In this document: positions 12,791 through 23,959 of the stretch, piece by piece
Layout: each line of letters starts with the position of its first letter
Numbering within the stretch: the stretch's first letter is position 1
DNA from: Selaginella moellendorffii
Lineage: Eukaryota; Plantae; Lycopodiophyta
DNA length: 64,000 bases
Direction of reading: 5' to 3'
Assembly: GCF_000143415.4 (NCBI RefSeq)
Contig: NW_003314261.1
Location: forward strand, 806,001 to 870,000
Translations under genes and position numbers: made by a program
Notes under the pieces: generated by a model
The model's input: the letters and a program-made list of their open reading frames with translations, nothing else
Database searches by the model: none
What the model was told of the DNA's origin: nothing

Positions 12791-13739
12791 GAGGCAGACA
12801 TTTAGCTGTGTCGGCTATTTCGATTCTTCTTTACCTCACATCTCAAACCCTAACTCGCAGAGCTTTGATAATATAAGCCACGGCGACAGCCACGTTTTGC
12901 TTACGTGTCTGCCCAGCTCATCACTTGCCCGCCCAAAGATTTTAAACTTCGGGGTTCCTTATAGCTTTAGGGTTCTACCTGAAACTACTGATGGCTAAAC
13001 TTGATGATCCAAGGCTAGTTAAGTCTCTACTCTACTTCTGCTCAGTGAGGATGTCGCTGGGCCTCATGCCCGCAACTCTTATCATGCTTCGCAACTATGA
13101 AATGGACCTGCAGCAGCTTCAAATCGGAAAACCATTGAGGTGTGAAGTTTTCAAGGAAACACCAAATGGTTTGTTTGATTGTATTGTTTCAGGTAAAGGA
13201 TGCTGATGTCGACGTGATCTTTGCGAAAAAAAAGATCACCAATTTCGCAACTTTGACAGGAGCGTGGGGCAAAGTTGTTTAAGACATTCCAACTCTATAG
13301 CAAAACAGGCATGACTCCCAGTGACAAGCTTTATTCCAAGGCGAAAGATGGCAGATGCCAATGGATGAGAGCTAATGAAAATTGGAATCACGGACATGGT
13401 GAACACGGGTGGACGTTCAGGCAGGTCAATAATCGCGTCATTCTTCTTGAAACACGTATCTTTTGTTTTGTTCTTTTGCGAGAAAACTCATCAAAATCTT
13501 GCTCAACTATAAACTAACCTCTTATATATAAACGACGCGGCAAGTGGTTCACAACCCACTGTTTCTTGCAACTGCGTAACACCATTGCCGCCTTGACAAT
13601 GCAAGTGAAGCAAGAGGCCAACATGAGAGAAAAGCTAAGCCAGCAAAAGGAGAACAGCTCCTTCTTGGGAGGTGTGTTTCACTCTGTGTTCCTTTTCTGT
13701 CATGATTTTATTCCTCTTGTTTCTTCCAGCTTCCCAGGC

Positions 13740-14680
13740 AAACACTCAGCAGCCACACCAAAATCTTGCAGCCCTAGCAGTAATTCTTACATGTAGCATT
13801 CTCCCATCTTCCAGGGGACTCGCACACGCTCCCAGAATGCTGGAGAAAGTGTATATATCCGGTGTCCAGTGGAACAAAGAAAATGCGTCCTTGTCATGTC
13901 CATAGAGAGTGTAAGCAGCGATCACACTTTGCATACATGGTGATGAGAGCGTTTCTCACACTTATGTTTCCAAAGTGCTCGCTCTCAAGTATGTGCTTGC
14001 CGTTGAGCAAGAAATCCGGACAGGGCAAGCTCCAAGGATTGCGGCATACGTGAAAGCATCTGGCTCCAGCCCCTGCAATCGCATCTTCCAGTAAGTATCA
14101 AGAGCCATATCATCGCAGTCACCGAGATAAAGCTCCCATGTACCGAAAGGCCTCCTCTAGGCACCCGGACTTCGCGGAGAGATGGATCAGAGACGTGGCT
14201 ACCACCACGTCTTTCTCAAATCCAAGCTCCTCGGCTTTTCACTGGACCATTCTCCCTTATTCCACGTCCAAAAGTTTCGTGCATGTCGCCAGGACGCTGG
14301 AGAGGGTGTAAGCGTCGATGGAGATCGCTTTTCTCACCATCTCCTTGTAAACTTCCAGTGCCTCTTGGTACATTGCGTTCTGGACGTAGCACTCGACGAG
14401 GATGCTCCAGGAGAAGGTGTTCCGCTGATTGATTCGATCGAAAACCTGGCAGCCATCCTCGTGCTCAACACCTCATCTATTAGGCTCGAAAGAATGCAAG
14501 CCCTTGTGAACTCGCACCCGGATAAGTGAGCGAAACGAATGGCGGCAGTGAGCAGTCTGGCCGCGCTACAATGCTGATAATGTCGAGTGAAGCCTCAAAC
14601 AGCTCGTGTGCTTCTGCGAAGGCTGCCACCATTGATGTGCAAAGCAACAAACTTCACTCTTAGCGCTCTTGCATTTTCCA
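13740..14680 (-). pseudogene. PPR gene fragments
   Basis: PDIYTFSSILGACAS, ALITMYAKC and GLEPDAFTY-type motifs with frameshifts. Confidence 0.75.
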
Positions 14681-14714
14681 ATTGACGTAAAGCTCATCAC
14701 CTTGTTTTCCCACT

Positions 14715-15500
14715 TATCCTAAAGAAAGAGATGAAATTGTAATAAATCCCAACATTGCTGATGAAAGTCCCTGGCTTGCATAGGAATGTGCCTCCGAGAT
14801 GTAAATGGAGCTATTTTGTGCATCATAGCGAAGAAACCATGTATTCACATAGTTTGATAGGAATCCAAACCGAAGATTAATACCCTACAATTTGACCAAT
14901 GATATGGTAATAAGGTCCTCCGGTTGGATGAGGATTCCTCTTCCCCAGATGGGGCTTTGGATGATGTTGTCCCCATTTTTCATGCAATTCGTCATATGAG
15001 CTCACATAAAGTGCATTCAACGTTTTCATTTCACCAGGAGATATCGGTTGCCACATTCCATTTTGCAATGCACAAGCTAGCAAATGGTCAGGCATGCCTT
15101 TGAAACTGCGGCCAAGAGATCTGACAGATCTGAACGAGCTCCATTGCAAAGGCATTTCATAAACATGCTGTAAAATCAGTGAAGCCACTTCTAACACTTG
15201 TGTAAGTGCGCTTTGAAGGCATATTTCCTGGACAGCATGCACAGTGTGCTGATTAAAAGCAGGGATCCCAATGGTGTTGTCTGGATCCAAGATCAGAAAC
15301 GTTTGTTGCTTCAATTGGTCAAAGTCTACCCACCTGACCATGTTTTTTGGAAAGGTTTTTGCGGAGTCTCTTTTATGCGTTGATCGATTCATATCCGGAG
15401 CAATATCAACATGAGGCAATCTTCCCAAAACGATCTCTCGAATTGTTTTTTGCTCAGATAGTGGCCATCTCTGAAGAAGCGGAGCCCAATCCATCGAGCG
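14715..15500 (-). pseudogene. PD-(D/E)xK restriction-endonuclease-like (Crinkler/CR-REase type) ORF with frameshift
   Basis: GMPDH...PGEMKT...QIVGY, then after a small deletion NLRFGFLSNYVNTWFLR. Confidence 0.55.
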
Positions 15501-15932
15501 GCACAAAGAAAACAGATCAAGAGCAATCGGTTCTTGGCATCTTTGGTACACGAGCACTGGCCTGATCGCTCACAGCTCCTGGCATCTTTGGCGGCGCTAG
15601 ATACTCCCAGAACGCATCCGATGAAGAACTCAAGCCTTCCACATCAGATGTCCCCTTTCCGGCTATTGCAACCAAATCCGAGCTCCTGCGCGGGCAAGAT
15701 TGATTGAGCAACCTCAAATCCGAGCTACTCTGCGTGCAAGATTGATCGGTCCTTCACTGCTTACGCTCTAGCCAGAGCAACCAGACACAAAGATTGCTCC
15801 TTTAGAGCAACCCGGCTGCCATGAGCCACCGCGCGTTCGCCGGGAACAAAGATTGCTTCTTTAGTGTTGCTGTTGCTCCAGGAAGAAGCCCCGACATAAG
15901 CTCACCACATCTCGATCTCCCGCTCAGGGTCA

Positions 15933-16074
15933 GGATCCCGGAGGCCTTAAGGCGCTTCCTTGTGCTAGCTACAAGTTTATGCTGGATCCCGAAGGCCTTA
16001 AGGCGCTTCCTTTTGCTAGCTACAAGCTTGAGCAGGATCCGGAGGCAAGGATCTTCCTTGTGCTAGCTACAAGC
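15933..16074. repeat. Short tandem repeat (~51-bp unit, about 3 degenerate copies)
   Basis: GGATCCCGGAGGCCTTAAGGCGCTTCCTTGTGCTAGCTACAAG repeated. Confidence 0.7.
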
Positions 16075-16407
16075 TCGCGTTTCCTTGCTGATCAAGCGAG
16101 CCAAGCATACATTGCATCAACGCAACGGAAACAGAGCACTTTAGCATACATTTTTATCCGCGCCGCAGAGAGACACCTCTGTATCTTGTCAAACCGCGAA
16201 CATCGTCATTTCCGGTAGAACGCGCGCCCGAGAGAGTGAAAACTGCCCCAAAATCCCGGGGAAGAGCGATGAAGTTTCAAGTTTTGTTGGAGTGTTTTTG
16301 TTTTAATCGGGGCCGTCTGATCCTGGCGATCCGACGGCTGTGAGGCTTTCCGATGAGAGCTCCTAGGGCTTGTGAATGAAACACCCGCTCGCCCTCAATC
16401 CATCTCC

Positions 16408-16640
16408 GTGTTTCTCCTACTTGTGCCAGATCGCGATGCAAATCCACCTCGTTTTTAACTTCCGGGAGGGCGAGAGGCAGAGACAGCTGCCAGTTTTCAA
16501 CGCTGGAGAGGTCGCTCACCTTCAAGAGTGGTGCCAAGGGTGGATGCCGGCCCCTCCTCCGGATTTATGGAAGAGATGCCCGATCGAAAGCAGGGAATGT
16601 TCTTTGCCAGTAAGGTGTGAGCTTCTTTTATTTTCTCTTG
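16408..16640 (+). pseudogene. Telescoped formin PTEN-exon fragment
   Basis: Short pieces matching 18800-19530 (CFS, YLCQIAMQIH, LVFNFREGER, DLWKRCPIESRE) joined by deletions. Confidence 0.6.
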
Positions 16641-17745
16641 TAACGCTCTTGTGTGGATCGCTGTACAATGACCGCTGTATCATACTGGCGATGGCGATCT
16701 TCGCGATCTTCATCAGGCCAAGAGCGTCTTTGATCGAATGCCCGAGTGGAACACTATCTCCTCTGGGATCCAGCGGAGAAGTCGAGGCCTGCGGAGGAGA
16801 TGTTTGAGCTGCGAGCCGGAGGAGAGCTCCGGGACGTCGTGACTTGGAACTCGATGATCGCGTCCAAGCGGAAGTCTTCTTCACGACGAACTGGAGCGCT
16901 CGCTTGATCTTCGCTCGGATGCGGACTTGAGTTGTCTGCTCATCTGACATGCCGCAGCTTGGAAGATGCTCGCAAGTCCTTCGAGAAGAGCTCTGCCACC
17001 ACTAGTGTCAGATCCTGGACTGCCTTGATTGGAGCGTTCGTGGCAAACGACTCAAGCCGGTTGAGAGCTTCCACAAGATGGTGCCAGAAGGCGTCCACTT
17101 CGACAAGGTGGCGGTGCTGAGCGGCCTGGAAGCCTGCTCTGGAGCCAGCAGAGGAGAGCTGCTCCATTGCTATGCGGTTGAGAGAGGCTGGCAAACGGAC
17201 GTCGTGGTCGGGACCGCGGCGCTCAACATGCACGTCAAGTGTGGGAGATTCGAGCAGTCGAAGCTCGTCTTCGATGCCTTGCCGGAGAGCCTCGTGTCCT
17301 GGTGTCGAGCTATGACGGGAGCGGACGGCGCTGAGCATGGACTTGGCCGGCCTGGGAATGGACGGTGTCGCTCTGCCTTGCATCTTCGACGTGCGCGCGG
17401 CCTTCACAGCTCTCTCGGACGGCAGCGCTGTCTACCCGAGCGTCGAGGCGAGCGGCGAGAAGCTCGATGTCACTGCTGGAGCAGCCGCCACCAACATGTA
17501 TGGAAAATGCGGAGATGTGTCGAGCGCGGCGGAGATCTTCTCCCAGTACCGGGCCTGGGAGTGGAGTTTGGTGCTCTCCACGACCATGGTGGCGGCCTTT
17601 GCTCGAAACGGACATGGCCGACGAGCTCACGAGCTGTTGGAGTTGATTGAGAGTAGAACTGGACGTTGTCAGCTTCACCACCATTCTTGCTGCGTGTAGC
17701 GCTGCCGGGCTGCTCCACGATGGCCACGGGTACTTTGTTTCCCAA
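16640..17745 (+). pseudogene. PPR gene fragment
   Basis: DVVTWNSMI, VRSWTALIGAF, DVVVGTAALNMHVKCG, NMYGKCG and SFTTILAACS motifs with frameshifts. Confidence 0.8.
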
Positions 17746-18330
17746 CTTTGTTACGGCAAGGAGTGCTGATGCATGTGAATTTTGCGTGATGACTTCCGTG
17801 GGCGAATCTGGCAAGGGGTTCTCGGCAACATCCGCTGGGATGAACTTCTCGATGTTCCGTCGAGTTCCGTCGATGAACTTCTCGCAGAGCGTGGGCCGAG
17901 AGCTGCCATAATAGCTCCACAAATCTAGAGAAGGAAAAACCAAAAAAATTCAATCATAGGAAGCACGGAGGCAAAACAAGACCCACCTCTGACCACAGCA
18001 TGTAGCTAGCGAGGAAACCCGAGAGCTACTCCGAGGTAGAGCCCCTTGAGCCTCTAGCTCGTTGATAAGACGCTGGACAATCTGCAAAGAAAGAAATTTC
18101 CATCCCTTTGAGGACTCTCACACGAAACGGAAACACAGCGAAAGCATGCGTATCACTGTACTTTCCGGAAGTCGCAAGAGTGTGCCGCGTCGAAAATTGG
18201 CCAGACACCGGCGAAATCCTGCGAGATCGAGAGCGCCTCAACTCAACCTACATTCTCGCCTCCTTGGCGGCGAGGAGAAAATGTAGCAGGGCTTGGAATG
18301 CGCGCCTTGCCCTAGAATGCTGGCATCCCG
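17746..18330 (-). pseudogene. AUG6: AUG6 5' fragment, inverted copy
   Basis: Reverse complement of ~9500-10105, containing [19 protein letters not shown]. Confidence 0.8.
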
Positions 18331-18789
18331 TAGCTTCCATCTCCGTCTCCTTGTCGCGGATCACATCCTTCTTGCAGAGAAGACCGCCATTCTCCATCAC
18401 CGCTCAAAGCAAAACATCAAGCAGCGTGTCCCTAGCAAAGACTCAGTGCAAAGCCAAAGAGTCCCTGGATGATGTGGCGATTAAAAAATGGTTGAAGGAT
18501 GGTTGTTTAATTCGGACCGTTTGATCTATGCGGTCCGACGGCTGTGATCCAGAACTGGAGCTCCTAGGGTTCGTGGCTTTGTGTCGCATGGCGGATGAGC
18601 TGAGCAGCTGCCTGTGCGATCGAGGTGAAAATTCTCTGGGGCGTGGAGAATCCAGGCGCTCGTCATTGCATGGGAGAATGTTTTCCGCCGATTTCTCTAC
18701 AGGAGGCCCCCCGTGGTGATATCCGAGAGCTTGCCCTCATACATTCCAATCTCCATTCCCAGCGCATTCACCCATTCTTTTGTGAATCC

Positions 18790-19582
18790 AGTCTTTGACT
18801 CGTGTTTCTCCGCGGACGTCTTCGAGGAGGAGACTTACAAGCACTACTTGCGCCAGATCGCGATGGAAATCCACGAGCAGTTCCCCGATTCGTCCTTCCT
18901 CGTCTTTAACTTCCCGGAGGGCGAGAGGAAGAGCCAGCTGACAGAGATGTTATCGCACTACGATATGACGGTGATGGATTATCCACGCCGCTACGAGGGC
19001 TGCCCGATTCTTCCCATGGAGATGATCCATCACTTCCTGCGATCCAGCGATAGTTGGCTCTCGCTCGAGGGGCAGCAAAACATCGTCCTGATGCACTGCG
19101 AGAGGGGGGGATGGCCGCTGCTGGCGTTCATTCTCGCCAGCTTTCTCATCTACAGGAAGATGTACACGGGCGAATTCAAGACGCTTGATATGCTCCACCG
19201 GGAGGCTCCCAAGGGATTGATGCAGCTGCTCACTCCGCTCAATCCGATGCCATCGCAGCTGAGATATCTCCAGTACGTTGCTAGAAGGAACAACTCTCCG
19301 GAGTGGCCACTCCCGGATCGCTCGCTCAGCCTCGACTGCCTCATTCTCAAAGTGGTGCCAGCTTTCGATCCGGACGAGGGGCTGGATTTATGGAAGAGAT
19401 CCCCGATTGAAAGCAGGGAACAGGACGACGAGGATGCTTTTTGCCTTGGGAAAGGTGTCCGGCATTATCGACCGGTAAGGTGGTGAGCTTGTTTTCTTTC
19501 TCTTGCTTTGGTCAGTAACGCTCTTGTGTGTTCCAGACAGATTGTGATGTGATGAAGATCGATGTACAGTGTGCCGTGCAAG
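18790..19582 (+). pseudogene. Class II formin PTEN-like exon(s), inverted copy, 3' truncated
   Basis: VFDSCFS...FPDSSFLVFNF...MDYPRRYEGCP...HCERGGWP...PSQLRYLQY, the most complete PTEN-like exon in the window. Similarity breaks off at ~19582. Confidence 0.85.
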
Positions 19583-19651
19583 AGCAAATCCAACTCAATG
19601 AAATCTACCAAGAAAAACTAGTGAATTCAACTCAATGAAATCTAGCAAGAA

Positions 19652-21205
19652 CTACCTATAGGGGCTTTCCACGCTAGAATAGTAATCTTCACTCTGGCCT
19701 TCCTCCACATCCTCAGCGCCATCTTCTTCCGATGATGAATCCTCTGTGATCCCGATAGTTGACATGACACAACTCAGCTCATCCTTCCAAGGATTATGCT
19801 CAATCGAGACAATGCCGCCCAAGGAGAAGCCCACGATGCTAACTTTGGGTGGCAGATCACCGTCCACAGAGACCACAACATCTGATGCCTCAAAAGTTCC
19901 ATGATAAGCACCGCACTGGTAGATCTCTCGCAACACCCTTGTGGCAGGCTCTTTGAGATGGGGATATGTTTGGGAAGGAAGAGTGCTATCACCTTCGTCA
20001 GACATGACAATCACTGAGAACATATCCCCATTGAGGACGCCATACTCTAAGAGCTTGGGAACTCCACAACCCTGCATGGATTTGAGCCTGGAATACATGA
20101 GGATCTCCCGAACAAACAACATAGCAGCACCTAGCTTTGAACCTGGTTGAGACATGTCCACTATTTTCACCACCACCTTCTCAGATCCTCTGTACACAGC
20201 CCTTGCCACATTTGGTGACAGCACCATTCCCTGCCGAAAGTCCCTATAAAACTCCCCAAACCTCCAACACTTGAGCTTCTTGTGCACTTTGGCCATGGAG
20301 ATGTATGCCAACTCGCTTGCCAAGTGCTTCATGTTGCGCTTGACAAACTTGTTGAAATCCTTTGGCAGCATCACATGATGAGGGGGAGGCACCATTGTGA
20401 GCTCCTCGCAATTGTCCTGATCGTCTTGCCGAGGCAACTCAGTGGCATTGACCACACTAGAGAAGATAACGTACCAGAAGTGCTTCATTGGCACCTCAGA
20501 GATCTTCATCGGTTCAGCTATAGCAAAGCCATTGTAGCCACGCCTGACACAAAACCACAGATGGCGTGCACCAATAATCACCGCATAGTCCGTCTTCCAC
20601 TGCTCACAGTAACAATAAACCCTCTCCACAGCTTCTCTAAAGGAAGAGCCATGTTCCAGATTTGTAGCAATGTCTCGCACGCACAGCCCCTCAAGCTCCA
20701 AATGAATTACTCCTACGAGACAACCTCGAGGTTTCACGCTGCGATCACTGCCTGTCAACAGTACATTAACCTCGGGAACCAAGCCTACTGGACGGATTGC
20801 CCCCGGCAGCCGCTGGACGAGTTGGGAGCTGAGGATTCTTGCCATCGCACCTGGAGAATCCACAGGATGAACTTGTCGATCCCGATTGGGCACAAAAAAG
20901 ACCTCCTCCGTATCATTGATCTCTCTTGCAACAAAACGATCGACCAGCTCGTGGATGTTGTGCCATACATAGAGCTTGGATGGGAATAACTCCCGTCCGA
21001 CTCCCCAATCAGTGAAGGTGTCTACCCGCACGTTGCTGCTGATGAGCGGCCGCATAAATGGTCTACCAAGGAAATTCTTGGCATTCAACAAAGGCCCATC
21101 TCCATCATTCCATAGCATATTGCCTCCTTGAGGCTCTCGGAGCACTTGTAAAACTGCACGCGCAGCAAAGGAGCTTACCCTGTATCGTGCTTCTTCTTCT
21201 GCCAT
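19652..21205 (-). CDS. Single-exon 517-aa protein: degenerate REase-like domain + pseudokinase (Crinkler/FunK-like architecture)
   Basis: Open ATG-to-stop ORF with VVVK..REI..Y.RL...QG..VPKLL.YG kinase N-lobe. HGT replaces HGD and IVGFS replaces IIDFG. Upstream AVERVYCY...YAVI...LWFCVR resembles the REase module. Confidence 0.65.
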   Translation of the reverse strand: MAEEEARYRVSSFAARAVLQVLREPQGGNMLWNDGDGPLLNAKNFLGRPFMRPLISSNVRVDTFTDWGVGRELFPSKLYVWHNIHELVDRFVAREINDTEEVFFVPNRDRQVHPVDSPGAMARILSSQLVQRLPGAIRPVGLVPEVNVLLTGSDRSVKPRGCLVGVIHLELEGLCVRDIATNLEHGSSFREAVERVYCYCEQWKTDYAVIIGARHLWFCVRRGYNGFAIAEPMKISEVPMKHFWYVIFSSVVNATELPRQDDQDNCEELTMVPPPHHVMLPKDFNKFVKRNMKHLASELAYISMAKVHKKLKCWRFGEFYRDFRQGMVLSPNVARAVYRGSEKVVVKIVDMSQPGSKLGAAMLFVREILMYSRLKSMQGCGVPKLLEYGVLNGDMFSVIVMSDEGDSTLPSQTYPHLKEPATRVLREIYQCGAYHGTFEASDVVVSVDGDLPPKVSIVGFSLGGIVSIEHNPWKDELSCVMSTIGITEDSSSEEDGAEDVEEGQSEDYYSSVESPYR

Positions 21206-21327
21206 GCTCTAAACCCTTCTGCGTGAAAACCCTAACGTTCTTAGTAGGGTCCCAAACAGCCTTGGAAACGTATCATTGAATTTCTTTTCTTCAAAAATCT
21301 TCTTCGTGTCAATAATCTATCCGGAAG

Positions 21328-23632
21328 TCACGCTATCCTGCTTTGCCGGGGCGACAGTAGCCCATCCAGCTCTCTTCTCAGCGGGAGAACCTTGCCTTTG
21401 TCGGCCTCCTTCTCAGCCTTCTTCCTTTCCATCTCTGCTAGCTTGCTGTTCTCTTCCAATGCACGCTTGAACATCACGATGAAATTAAAAATGATCGACA
21501 CCGCTGCGAACCAAATCCAAGAGACGTTTGTAAAATCAAGTGCATATAGACCAAATGGTTAAGTACCTTGCTCAAATGGACAGCGAGCGGGATCTTCATT
21601 GAAGTAGCGCGCCAAGGAATCGGCATTGTGGCCCTGCAAAGTGACAATGCTTTCAACGAGCCATACATACAAACTTAACATCTCTTACCACTTCAGAGTA
21701 CAAAGACGCCAGTGTTCTCACCTCCGCCTCCGCTGTATCAAGGAAACTCTTCAAGCTCTGTGCGTCCATGGAAAACATTAGGACAATGCACGCAAAGCAG
21801 GCAGACATCACCTTCCGAAACCCATCAGAGACGGCTCCATCGTTTTCAGACGCTGTCAATTCCTGCTCAACCTTTTCCAGGCCTTTGCTTACGGCTTGCA
21901 TTTCTTCTGCAAGAGCTTTCAATTGAATCTGTAACACAGGTCAGAAAACCGAGACACAAATACTGGAGTATGAAATATAAGAACCTTGGTGGCTGCCTCA
22001 AGGTGAGGCAATTCCTTGTCAAAATCAAGTATTTCGGGCATTTTCTCGGATACAATCTGCCACCAGTGTCACGTGTCAGCCAAGCCAAAACAGTTGCACC
22101 TAACTTACTTTACACAGATAATGTAATAACGTAGTTCTAGAATTACGAGCTCGAGTTTCTGTCAGCTTAAGTAGACTATCGAGTCTGAATCCAATCGCCG
22201 CCCCTGGAACAACAGCCACACTTGTTACTTAGCTCAAGCTCCCGGGCACTCTTCTTACCTCTAGCAGTTCCTTGGTTTAACGCATTTCCCAGGGACAGAA
22301 CCGTTTGCATCACTCTTTTAAGCTTAGGAGACTCTTTCACCTGCAAGAATCCGGCTTCAGGCAACATACAAGAAGAGTGCGAAATTACCTCTGCTGAAGC
22401 TTCATTGACTATTACCAGATTTTCTCGTAAATCTGACACCTGATATCAACGTTTGAAAGGGTAGACAAAATAATTTTGACCAAACCTGCGACGTGAACTG
22501 AAGTTTAAAAGAAATTTGGACTCTACCCGAGGAACTTTCATCATCTCCAGGAAACACTGCAAAAACAAACATATTGTCTAGTAAATGATACTGTTTCAGA
22601 CAAAGTGGGACAAACCTGCTCACATTTGCCCAGGCATTCTTTATCGCCCGTGTAGTTCTGCAAAACCACCAGCATAAGTTAGATGGCAAGATCATATCTG
22701 GAAATAAAACCTTGAGCGTTTCCATCTCCTCCTTTGTTGGACAAAACTTGATCAGATTATCAACCTGATCTACATCCAGTACTGTCCCATAGTATTGCTT
22801 TCTGAGTGCTCAAGTAAAAACCACATTGCATAATGTAGATAGCCACTTACAACAACTTCTGGCAGTGGCATCTTCACTTTTGTCAGCATTATCTCACAAT
22901 TGTACGCTCGTCTATGTTCAATCTGAATAAAACAAAAGTGAGGCCTCGGCTTCTATTACAAAAGGCAGCTCACCAGGAGCACTTTTTCCTGCTTGGGAAC
23001 TAGAGATGCACGACGACCACCCGCTCTGTCACCACCCGCAGCAGCATTCAGAACAGCGGCCGAGAAGAGGCTCCCTAGCTCATTCATGTCAAATTCAAAA
23101 AATTGTGAGCACATGTAACAAAAGAAAAAGACCACAAGACACACCTTGACTGCTCTTCCTGCTTTTGACTGTCCGCCCATAGACTGCCCTGCATAGCCCA
23201 TGTAACCTTTACCCAGTGGTATGGCTTCAGAGAGGTCTTCTTCGGTGTAGCAGATGCCAGACCCAAAGCACCAGCAACCTGTCCTCGGCTTCGACCACCA
23301 GGAGGCGAAGGTGTCAAAGGACTACTACCTCGTCCTCTCCCCAATGCAGGTGGCGGAGGAGGTGGTACACCGCCACCTCCTCCCGGATCAGCAGTAAGAT
23401 CTTCTCCACTGCCACTGCCGCCTCCTCTCAGTGTGAAGTCACCATTGCCTGGAGGTGGAGGCGGAGGAGTGCCTTGCATTCCCAGTGGAGGCAGCGGTGG
23501 CTGCAGTGATGAGCTAGAGGCCTTGCAGCTTGTGGAAGAGGAGGTGGTGGCGGTGGAGGTGGCACAACAGTATTGCCACGTGGTGGTGGAGGAGGTAGTG
23601 GTGGTGGTGCAGCTAAAGTTCCTCGAGGTAAC
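21328..23632 (-). pseudogene. Class II formin 3' half (FH1-FH2 exons)
   Basis: LKPYHWVKVT.AMQGSLWADSQK, LKRVMQTVLSLGNALNQGTARG, IQLKALAEEMQAVSKGLEKVEQELTASENDG and LKSFLDTAEAEVRTLASLYSEV, separated by short introns. Some exons appear deleted. Confidence 0.88.
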
Positions 23633-23959
23633 ATGAAACTTTCCAACCCTAGACCAACCTCCCAACCCTTAACTTTAAATCCCAAGATTATTCTTAGAAT
23701 ATTCTTATGGTTCTCCCCTCCTTCATGAGCCACATACGGCAGCCTCAAGAAGCTAAACAAGCCTCACATGTAGGGAGTCTAAAGCAATATGGCCATGGAG
23801 AAGAGATGTGTAAATGGCAACACCAACGTCATGACAAATGCCACAAAAGAAAAAAAGCAATATAGCTTTTTCACATGACAATGTGGTTATGGAAACCAGA
23901 GAATGAGAATAGAACAAATGACTCAAATTATATAGTAATACAGATATAGAACTCAATTA

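Larger units (their letters stand above)
6448..12980. repeat. Segmental duplication copy A (copy B at 47635-54647)
   Basis: Same order of LTR remnant, gag remnant, formin fragment, AUG6 fragment and PPR fragment. Many ORF translations are identical at offset 41689. Confidence 0.93.

Noticed and set aside
12991-13517. Short plus-strand ORFs after the end of duplication copy A (similarly 56994-57353)
   Set aside because: No recognisable family and no consistent exon chain could be built.
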